Origin: Azolla caroliniana
Taxonomy: Eukaryota > Plantae > Polypodiophyta
NCBI GenBank assembly: GCA_043228905.1
Contig: JBHGNT010000002.1
Coordinates: forward strand, 20,832,001 to 20,896,000
Length of the DNA stretch: 64,000 nt
Reading direction: 5' to 3'
The translations under genes were made by a program, and so were the position numbers. Under the pieces are notes generated by a model, which saw only the letters and a list, made by a program, of their open reading frames with translations, was not told the origin of the DNA and did not search any database. Each line of letters begins with the position of its first letter. The stretch's first letter is position 1. Shown piece after piece: positions 54,540-64,000 of this stretch.

Positions 54540-54925
54540 GTACTCTTGGCTGCACGTTGAACGATGTTGCGAGCAGGTCCTTGTCGAAGCCAGATAATAC
54601 TGCATTAGTGTCTTTCCCAACAACTACAAAGAATCTATGGAATGATGTCTCTAGTAGCTGCGAGTGGTTGTCTTCTTCTGAGGAGGGAGAGGTGGAATGG
54701 GTGCGCGGAGCAGAGGATGTCAATATTTTTGTAATGGAAGACAGTGTCCCTCTCTATAGCGTAGCAATCTCCTTCCTCCATGTCCATCGCTTGGAGCTCG
54801 TTCCCATCAATCCATGAGAACCGGCCTCTTCCTTTGTAGACCACAAATAGTGGATCTGTGTTTGTGTATTGGGCTACGCGGAAGTGCACGCATTTCTCCT
54901 GCCTATGTCTTGATGACTAGGAGAC
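54540..54925 (-). pseudogene. Vicilin-like (7S globulin / cupin) gene fragment without introns
   Basis: VIKT*AGEMRAL; QYTNTDPLFVVYKGRGRFSWIDGNELQAMDMEEGDCYAIERDTVF; FHRFFVVVGKDTNAVLSGFDKDLLATSFNV. Confidence 0.8.
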
Positions 54926-55052
54926 ATAACTTTGGTTGAGTAGTTATTGATCGAACTCCTGAAGACCAGATGCACATCTGAGATTTGGGATCTGAATGAC
55001 TGCCATGGAAGCTCTCGCTGCTGTTGTGTCCACTTCCTCTCATGGATTTATT

Positions 55053-55582
55053 TAAAGTTTCAACTGAAACAATCTCATCTTCAATGGTCATCATGATCTG
55101 CAACTTCTTCTTTTATTTTATTTTATTCCATAACGAATAGCTACAAGCTTTGATGCCCCCCCAATGAAGACCAGGCATGGTAACACTCTGAACTGATTCC
55201 TCGAGTTTTGCCATTTAGTTTCATCATCCCATGGCTTCACATCCAAGAGAACAGAGGACTTGCCACTCTCTTTCTTTCTTCGTACTAGCTTTCTTCTCAG
55301 CTTCACATTCAGCTACAACTTTCTTTTCCTCTTCAGTTTCTTCCCAGAGAGATCCAGATCATCATCATCTGCTTCCTTGGTAGCCTTTGCAGCTGGGGCA
55401 ACATCACAAACAGGGACAGGCACTCCCGTAATGTTAACATCAACAAGGGCTCCTGGTAGAGATTTCTTTAGTAATGCAAAGATGTGGTTGTACCAATGTG
55501 ATACATTCACTAAATAACTCTTGGGTGGCTGAGAAGAAGCAAGATATACCAGCAAGTCATCTTTTGAGGCCTAATACCCGGA
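55053..55582 (-). pseudogene. EF1B: Processed fragment of translation elongation factor 1B beta/delta
   Basis: SGY*ASKDDLLVY...VNVSHWYNHI...ADDDDLDL/EETEEEKK...KKESGKSSVLLDVKPWDDET/MAKLEESVQSV.MPGL...GASKLV...YGIK...LQIMMTIEDEIVSVETL; contiguous with frameshifts, no introns. Confidence 0.92.
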
Positions 55583-56300
55583 GCTCTTCTCATCTACAAC
55601 CTTGCCCGGGTGGCCACCTCTATTTGCATCGCACAAACAGACTTTTAGGAGATGATTTTAGGGTTGTCATAGAGGGTCTCTCATAGGAAATGGGTGATGA
55701 AATGTACTATTTCCTATTGTGGGTTTTGGCAAAGATTAGGGTTTGTTGCGGTGGGTTTTAATAAGGATCGGAGTTTATGCAAAGAATCTGGGGGCTTGAT
55801 GAAGTGGGCTACAAGCAGAAATAAAGATTTCCAGTAGAAATTAGAGTTTCCTTGTGATGTGGGTGATCATAGGGGATGTGCAAGAGAGAAAATGCAGAGA
55901 ATCATCTTATATCATGCACCCTACACACACATACAGAACACATACATGCAGACGCAAAGAGGGAGAGATAGAGATTAGTGATGGATAGACTTCCTCTCAA
56001 GGGAGGGTTGTCCCATCAAGCGTGCCAAAAGTGTTGTTGGGGTGGGGGGGTGAAGCCTAGAATGGCTTCAACCCCCTCCCAAGGGGGTTACGAGTGTGAG
56101 AGAGCTAGAGAGAAAGACAAATTGAAAGTGACACAAAATGAGAGGGGGAAAATGTATATTTCATTGTGCCCCATGAGTGGGGTTTATATAGTACAAGAGG
56201 TAACCATTACAAATAAAGAACGAGACAAGTAGGGAGTTACATTGCTTACCCACTTTCTCACCTTTGTACACATGCACACAAATATGCATGTGTTCATACA

Positions 56301-59300
56301 TGAAAAGAATGGCGTGCGGAAGCAATATAGGAAATCCGAACAACAGAAAACGCAGGTTTAATGGAAAGCTTAGGTTTGCACGGTACGCACGGGAGAGACA
56401 GAGAGAGAGTAAACATTAGAACTTAATTCAAAAAGATAATACTCAATCTGTACATAGGATGTGCTCAGTCAGCACTTTTATACAAGCCCTGACAACTAGG
56501 CTGACACAAGTACTGACAATACTTGACTGCTCATAAATGAGCCTCGACTCTTATTCCCAAAACTATTCCTTACGAGGAATAATTTTCTAACAGCCTTTCG
56601 GTTTACGCACCGATACGACCTTCCTACGCACCGGTTTGCGTACCGGCTTACGCATCCGTTTTACGCACCGGTCCGGCCTAACCGATCGGTCCCAACCGAT
56701 CTGGTCCTCGGCTTGCTCAGCCGATCGGGCCAATGTTGAGCTTGTCTCTCAACACTCCCTCTCAAGCTCAACTTGAGGCTCTTCGGGATCTTCTGGATCA
56801 CCGCTCCAGTTCCACTTGGCTCCACACCTCGCTCGCGCTCTTCGGCCTGTTCGACTCCGCGCGCTTCGACCATTCCGGTCGGTACGGCCCTTCACAACTC
56901 CCTTGTTGTCGCGGTGTTGGCGCTTCTCATGCTGCCTTCTTTTCCGCTTGGCCCTTGATTGATTCAGTGTATCCGAATCAAACATTCGAACCGACTCGGC
57001 TACTGCGATCCGTTTTCACTCTCATGCGAGTTGGTTGTCTCCAACTTGTCTTCGGTCTTCTCACCCTTGACGACATCATGTCCCCCATGCTTGGTTGGCT
57101 CTGGCGCTTTCTTTCGGCTGCTCCCCTTGTGGTCGCTATTGGACTCTTCCACGGATCCGCCCTCGGCTTCTTCAACTGAACCAAAATCAAATTCGTCATC
57201 TGACTCGACGTCGCGGTCTTCTCGCTCTCTCCCCCTTCCGTCGGCGTCTTCTCTCCCCCTCAAGTTCGGCACGTCGAGGTGACGCAACCCAAATGCACCC
57301 GAGAATTGCCGCAACTTGTCCAGTCCAAGAGGCTTGGTGAAGATGTCGGCGGTCTGCCGATCTGTCGGAACATACTGAAGTTTGACTTCACCAGAAAGGG
57401 CACGCTCACGGACAAAATGGTAGTGCACCTCAATGTGCTTGGTCCGTGCATGGTAAACGGGGTTCTTCGCGAGCTGGATGCTACTGAGGTTGTCGTAGTA
57501 GATCGTAGTCGGATCGGACACCTCCACCTGCAGATCCTTAAGTAGCCGCTTCAACCATATGGCTTCGCATGTCGCGACAACTGCTCCTCGGTACTCAGCT
57601 TCGGTGCTCAATAGTGCAACTATCGGCTGCTTCTTACTACTCCACGCTATTGCGGCACTCCCAAGAGAGAACGCGTATCCAGACGTGGATTGGCGATCGG
57701 CGACGTTGCCGGCCCAGTCGGCATCGGTGTAGCCGACCAACTGTGGGGTTGTACCGGTCCGATATAGCAGTCCCCGGTCCTTAGTGCCGATTACGTACCG
57801 CAATACGTGTTGTGCACACTGAAGGTGCTCCTCAGTAGGTCGCGCCATGAATTGACTGATCACCCCGACCAGATAACTGAGGTCGGGTCGGGTGATTGTC
57901 AAGTAGATAAGGCTTCCGACAATCTGTCGGAACCTCGTCGGGTCGTATACCTTGCCGGAATTGGGGCGAAGCTTGACGGTTCTATCAAGAGGAGTCGAGA
58001 CGGACTTATAGTCTGCCATCCCGAATTTGAAGAGCATATTCAATGCGTAATGACGTTGGCTGATCAGTATGCCTTCGGGGGTGCGAATCAATTCGATCCC
58101 GAGGAAGTAATGAAGGTTCCCCAGATCCTTCAAGTCGAATGATACCACAAGTTGGAGCTTCACGCGGTTGATTTCACCTAGGTCGGCGCCGGTGATGACC
58201 ATGTCATCAACATAGAGTAAAATACTAACTGGCCCGAGTCGACCTTTCTGAACGAACAGTGAGGAGTCCGATTTTGATGTTGCAAAGCCCAACCGATGCA
58301 GACGATGCGTGATCTTCGCCTTCCAGGCATGCAGGGCTTGCTTCAGTCCGTAAAGGGACTTCTTCAATCGGCACACTGCCGACGTGTTTGCTCCGGAGTG
58401 AAATCCGGGGGGCGGTACCATGGACACTTGGTCCTCAAGCTCACCTTGCAGGAATGCATGCTTTACATCCATCTGATGTAACTGCCACCCCTTGGCCGCG
58501 GCTACCGTGAGCAAAACATGGACGATTGTCATCTTCGCGACCGGCGCAAACGCCTCATCGTAATCGATGCCGTGTTTCTGCGCATAGCCTTTTGCCACTA
58601 ACCGGGCCTTGTATCGGTTGACTGAGCCGTCCGTGTTGTACTTGACCTTGTACACCCACCTACATCCGATCGGCTTCACACCCTTCGGTGCGTCAACCAG
58701 GTCCCAACTCTCGTTTTCCGCCAATGCATGCATCTCTTCCTCCATCGCGGCGCGCCAATTCGCGTCCTTCGCCGCTTCTGCATAGCTCTCTGGCTCATGC
58801 ACTTCCGCTAGACGCCGTGCTGGAATCCGACACCTTCTTCTTCCCTTTCTCTTTGCACGTAAGCCGTCTCCTCGGCTTCCTACGCAGGGAATGCACGACC
58901 GAGTCTCCACTACTCGCCGGCTCTTCATCGGACTGGTCATACCGACCCAGTCGTTCATTCGGTCCACTTAACCGAAATGAAATCGGACTCTCTTCGCGGG
59001 TCCCGATTTCAGGCTCATCCGGAGACATCTCAGCCTCGCTGACCTCATCGTCAAAACTTGGATTGGAAGTGAGGTCCGGAGTTGGAGGCAAGTACCAGGA
59101 CGCGGACTCATCAAACACAACGTCGCGGCTCACGCGCGCTTGTTTGGTGCGCGGGTTATAACACTTATAACCCTTCTGCTCGTCCAAATAGCTGACCAAG
59201 ATACATTTCTCGGCCTTTGCGTCCAGCTTCCTCCATTTTTCCTTCGGCACATGCACATACGCAATGCTACCGAAAACTCGTAAGTGTCGCAAGTTCGGCT

Positions 59301-59373
59301 TCGTTCCGAAATATAGCTCGTGCGCAGTAGAACTTGGGCAAGCTCTTCTCCTCCAACATTGCCCGTGCAACAT
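56301..59373 (-). mobile_element. Ty1/Copia element D (related subfamily): 3' LTR 56301-56754, open RT-RNase H, deleted and truncated integrase
   Basis: LTR starts TGTTGAGAGACAAGCTCAAC on the minus strand after a PPT; ORF 57000..58967 has [27 protein letters not shown] and TEAEY; ARAMLEEKSLPKFY at about 59330-59373. Confidence 0.9.
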
Positions 59374-59374
59374 C

Positions 59375-60030
59375 TGCTGAATCCGGTGCTCCGAGTCCAG
59401 GTGTTTTGCTTACTCTTTCGGCTTCAATATTGTCTAACTCGACAGATGTATCGACATCATGCTTGTCGAATTCTTGCATGATTCGGTTAATTTCTTCTCT
59501 GAAATAAGCCACCATGTCGTATAGGTCTCTAGCAATATTTTCCTGAACCGTGGTCATTGCTTCCTCCGACACTTGAGGAAGCCTTTGCCTTGAACTTTTC
59601 TATTTTCTCTGTCGGCTTGTAATAACTGAAGCTCTGCACCTTGCGCTGACCATGTTTGCCAACCCTTCTCCAACGATTCATTGACCAATTTTAGGGTGTT
59701 AAGCCGGTGGTGTCTTATGATTGCTTGAACCCTGTCCTGAGTCATTCTTGCCTCAAACTGTGCTGTTGCCAATGTTCTTCGCAAATCTATGATTACTGCA
59801 TTGGTATCTCCTTCGGCCTGCATCAGTTTGGCTTGTGCCACTAAGAGGTCAAGTCGCCTTTTCTCAGAAACCGTTTGAACTTCTACACATCGGTTTTCCA
59901 GCTTCTCTTTCTCCGCATTCCAGTTGTTCTGCTGCTGAATCATTTTTCCGTTGATTTCTTCTATCAGTTTGTCTCTTGTAGTCAACTGTTTTGTAAAACA
60001 AGTCTCTTGGCTGCTTACATACTCTTCCAG
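59375..60030 (-). other. Unassigned coiled-coil-like coding stretch (two overlapping frames)
   Basis: Parts of ORFs 59554..60204 and 59267..59572 are E/K/Q/L-rich and helical-looking; no recognisable domain. Confidence 0.4.
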
Positions 60031-62928
60031 TTCCCACGCACACACTCGGACGACACAGAGAACGCATAGTGGAGCCTCTATTGGAGCACACGGGCTTACA
60101 CGCAGCAGAGGCAATCGACACAGAAACGTAGTGGAAAGCAATGGTTGAGGAGGAGAGAGCTTGGTCCCCAATCCGACAACACTTCGTCCTCGCCAAAAAC
60201 GCAATATCTTCTTCTTCTTCTCCCCTCCCTTTTATAGGTCGCCGAGGAGGCCGTTACATCCAAACACATCAACTTTAGTCTCTGTCCTTTCGGACCGAGA
60301 TACGCATGGATTCCCTAGACAATTAATACCCTTCCTAGTACATATGTACATCAGCCTATCTATTCCTAGATATGTACAATTCGTAAACACACACACACAC
60401 ACGCGCGAAAAGGATTGGGTCACACCTCCTCCCTTCGATTCCTCCTAGGGGCTGTTTTCTCCACGACATCCACCCCCACCAAACCACACGTCCACCGGTA
60501 CGTGCCAGGTAGGAACAACCTTGGGAAAAACCGGCCCTAGATCAATCATCGCTTTTTGAACCCTCGCCTTCCTTGATTCGGGGATCGCCGCCGCCATCGC
60601 TCACCGAGTCCGGTTCGTCGTCGTGCCGCTTCTTGAACATCTTCACCCTCTTGTTAGCCACCGGTACCGCTATCCGCGTCCCATCGAGGTCCGCGAGATG
60701 ATACGTACCGTTGTGGTTCGTGCTTGTTACCGTGTAGGGCCCGAACCATCTCCTCGCAAACTTACGCACCGTCTTGTGCTGATTATTGAGGCTACTGTTG
60801 TACACCAACACGCAGTCGCCTTCCTCGATCTTCTTCGGTCTCAACCGGTGTGTTCGGTCGAACCGGCCTTTGTTCCTTTCACGTGCCGTACGTAGCTTCG
60901 CCATCGCCTGCTCCACGTTCTCCGGTCGTCGCTCGAGTTGCCGAATCCGCGCCGCAAGCAACTCTTGCCGACTCATCTCATCCTTCCAGTCCACCGTGAC
61001 CCATGAAGTGATCATCCCTTCCACTGGCATAATCGGTTTTTGCCTGAACATCAACTCCGCTGGCATGAACCCTGTCACCAAACTGTGCGTAGTCTGGTCC
61101 GCACACAACGCGTAGGCTAGAAGCCGCGGCCAATTCCCGACTTGCCCTTCACACGCTCATACTAAAGCCTTCACGATCGGTCCCTGTCCGCGTTCTACCT
61201 TCCCGTTCGCCTCCGGGTTGTACGCCGTAGTGAGGGAGAGCTTGACCCCTAATTGGTCGAACAACTCCTCAGCTTCCTGCGCGTCTAGCTCTCCCCGATC
61301 CGCCACGATTTTCCCTACTCATCTATACCGACACACTACCTCTTCGATCAGGAACTGGCATACCGCCGCAGTCATCTTGTTCGTCAATGCGCGGCCTTCC
61401 ACTTGGTTCGTTAAATCTTCCCGCGCAAGCACCAGATACCGCATCTGCCCTACTCCCATCAACATCGTCACTAAGTCCACCATCCATTTGAAGTGGATGG
61501 TCGGCGGGTAGGTTGGGTGTAGCTCGTCTCGATGCCGGATCACGGAGTGCATCTGACAGTTTTCACACGTCGTCACCAACTGGTACACATCTCGGTACAG
61601 CCCCAACCACCAATACTTCTCTTTCAGTTTCTCAAATGTGGCCCAGGTCCCATGGTGTCCGGCCCAAGGACTCTCATGGTACGCCATTAACAACTTGTCG
61701 TGCTCGTCCTTTCTCGCCACTATGCGGAGTGGAACGCCGCCTCGCTTCTTTGGGGGCCTCCATATGTTCCCATCCCGTAGGAAGAACCAGTAAGCTTTCT
61801 TTCGGATCCGGTTAGCCTCTTCCTTCGTCCATGCTGCGTCTGGTGTCATTGTCTTCAGGAACCTACCGATCTGGAGCCACTCCCCATCATACTCGCCTTC
61901 GTGAAATTCGTTAAGCGCCGGAGGGCTCCTCTCCCTCGTTATGTATGCCATCTTGAAGAAGTCTATGCCGACTTGTCCTTGTCGTCGAACCGTGCTCTCG
62001 AAAGCATGTCGGCCATGGCGTTGTCCTTCCTGGAGATGTGCCATATCTCCAGATTTAGGGACTTGATGTACGCGATCCACTTGAGCATTGCCAGGTTCGG
62101 AGTCGCGCATAACGAGAATCGGTAGGTAGTCCGTCTCGATTTTTACTTCCGTCCCTATAAGATAATCTTTGTCGGCCTTAACCGCCGAAACGATACCCCA
62201 TAGTTCGCACTTAACTTGGGCATATCCTCGCTGTCACTCACTGAGAACCTTCGCCCCAAATCGGACCTGGAACCGCTCGTCACTCTCGTCCTCTTGATTG
62301 ATCACCCATCCGATTCCGGTCGGGCTTGTGTCAACGGTTACGTAGATGGGGACCTCCTTGCCGTAGACCGCCTTCCTGAGAGCCGGTGCTGCGGTAAGCG
62401 CCTCGTTCAGTCTCCGGACCGACTCCGTATGCTCCTTGCCCCATTCAAATTTGCGCCCCTTCTTCAGCAACCCGTAAGGTGGTTCCGCGACGTGTGCGTA
62501 GTGTGGAATCCAAATGTGGTAAAATGCGCACAGACCCAAGAACCTCTGCACTTCCGTAACCGACTTGCACTCTTCCTTCATTACGGAGATGGCTTCTATC
62601 TTTGCTGGAGACGGTTTCCGGCTGTAGGGACCGCACAGGTGACCGACCACTAGGATCTCTGATTGGCCGAATGCCGATTTCTCCCTAGAGAAGGTGAGCT
62701 GCGCGTCCTCTAGCCTTTGTAGCACCTTCTCGCAGCCATTAATGTGGTCCGCTACGAACCTCCGGCATCCGTCTGGCCCAACTGCCTCGTCCTTATCCTC
62801 CACCGGACATCCTTTGATCAGGATGTCATCTAGGAATGGCATGGTGATGTCCGGGATGCAGTCCCTCAACACCTTGTTCATCGCATTCAACATGTGCGCC
62901 ACCGAGTTCATCCCTCCTTGCGGCAGGG
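60030..62928 (-). mobile_element. Ty3/Gypsy 3' half (RT-RH-INT-GPY/F, PPT, 3' LTR starting at 60468), fungal/bryophyte-like lineage
   Basis: TLPQGGMNSVAH...PFLDD; VDTSPTGIGW; H...WAGHHG...CENC; LAREDLTNQVEGRAL; RRWFGPY; PPT GGTGGGGGTGGA then TGTCGTGG; distal LTR end unresolved. Confidence 0.88.
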
Positions 62929-63394
62929 TGTCAGAACCAAGGATAAAAGATAGAGTGATGGAAGAAGGATATTAGAGAACACGAGAAGAAAGGAACCAAA
63001 TACTAAGAGAAGAATGGATGTATAAGATAGAGAAAGAAAGAGAATGGATACAAGATATATAATGAGAGCTAAAGATTGGTGTTGATTCGAATTGATTTGA
63101 GAATACATGTATGCCCTTATTTATAGGTTCCTATAGAATAGCTTAGAGATTTCTAGAATGTTCTAGAATGTTCTAGACCTAGAATGCTCTAGGACATTCT
63201 AGAACATTCTAGAATAATCTAGAGTTTTTACAATAATCAATGTAATACAAGAAGTAGCTTTTATTGTTTCATATAACAATAAACTATCTTAATGGTTGAA
63301 GTTTTCAAGTATGGATTACAAGGTTCGAGGTTCAAGTCCGGGTGACGCCATAAATGGTCATGTGTTCATGACATTATCCCTCCTTCGAGAACGC
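62929..63394 (-). mobile_element. 3' LTR (62929-63373) plus PPT of another retroelement inserted into the Gypsy RT
   Basis: TGTCA...TGACA perfect terminal inverted repeat; minus-strand GAAGGAGGGATAA directly precedes it; CTATAAATAA and TTCTAGAA repeats inside. Confidence 0.8.
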
Positions 63395-63880
63395 TGTCGT
63401 GAAGATCCGTCACTACGCGCGGATCGTGAGGCGGAACTGCCGGGGTTCTGGACCAGAAGGATTTAGAGTCGATACAAGCTTTGGCGAGAAAGTACTTAAG
63501 ATAGATTGGGAAAGAGAGAAGATGAGATTACACGATTGATTTGATAACGAATTCCTTCTTCTTAATTTTCATAAAAAAAAACCGTGTTTTTCTCCTCCCC
63601 CTTCCCTCTTTTATAGATGCTCTCATGCATATGATGCATGTGAGGGTACAAGACATGCATAAATTGCATGTTTGCCATTTGGCGCTTAAGTATTACATGT
63701 GGTGCATGCTAACCATGTCACTCACTTTAGCACTCATGGATGAGAATTTACATGTAAAAGTACAATGATAGAAATATAATTTCAACTAAATACTATGGCT
63801 TAATGGTAAGCCATTTGACTCCTAACTTGGAGGTGCAAGGTTCGAATCCATACTTGCCCTCCTTGTATATGTATATATTT
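63395..63880. mobile_element. LTR-like repeat starting TGTCG, homologous to 44387-44880
   Basis: See 44387 copy; begins with TG exactly where the previous element's internal sequence stops. Confidence 0.7.
63796..63849 (+). promoter_or_regulatory. tRNA-type Pol III internal promoter (A box and B box)
   Basis: TGGCTTAATGG at 63796-63806 fits TRGCNNARYGG; GGTTCGAATCC at 63839-63849; 32-nt spacing. Confidence 0.65.
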
Positions 63881-64000
63881 TTATATATTTATTTTATCTA
63901 GTCGCCGGTTCGCTGGATACCGCCGCCGGATGCCGACGCCGGCAATACCGACGCCGACGCCGGATTGCGGTCGGATCACCGGCTCCATCGCCGGTCTGGT

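Larger units (their letters stand above)
53729..56300 (-). mobile_element. Non-autonomous LTR element with tRNA-Arg-type PBS, carrying captured host gene fragments
   Basis: About 188-bp direct repeat at 53729-53916 and 56032-56220, ending CAACAACA on the minus strand; TGGCACGCTTGATGGGAC immediately inside the right copy; no gag/pol between the repeats. Confidence 0.75.

Noticed and set aside
56022-56026. GTGCC matching the 53724-53728 flank as a TSD
   Set aside because: Better explained as part of the minus-strand PBS (TGGCACGC); not adjacent to an LTR outer end
63796-63865. Possible true tRNA gene
   Set aside because: No convincing acceptor stem; lies within a dispersed repeat whose other copy is decayed

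Overview
Repeat-rich nuclear DNA from a land plant. Vicilin fragments, non-angiosperm-like Gypsy lineages and long (TATG)n arrays suggest a fern or other seed-free plant (inference). The only intact host gene is a 14-exon class A auxin response factor (ARF6/8-like, minus strand, 25954->19024, about 1098 aa by manual splicing) with a long Q/H/P-rich middle region. The rest is a nest of transposons: a young Ty3/Gypsy with 151-bp LTRs inside a hAT MITE, a second hAT MITE, LINE and CACTA relics, a Copia nested in a same-family Copia (both with TSDs), two minus-strand Copias, and a fungal/bryophyte-type Gypsy. The most notable observations are: (1) a non-autonomous LTR element carrying intronless fragments of two host genes (eEF1B and a vicilin/cupin); (2) a Gypsy with animal-like motifs, a 4-bp TSD and a tRNA-Ala-like PBS; (3) a likely large inversion breaking a Copia 5' LTR at about 45141; (4) tRNA-type Pol III A/B boxes embedded in LTRs. 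All coordinates and comparisons were read by eye; no database searches were run.
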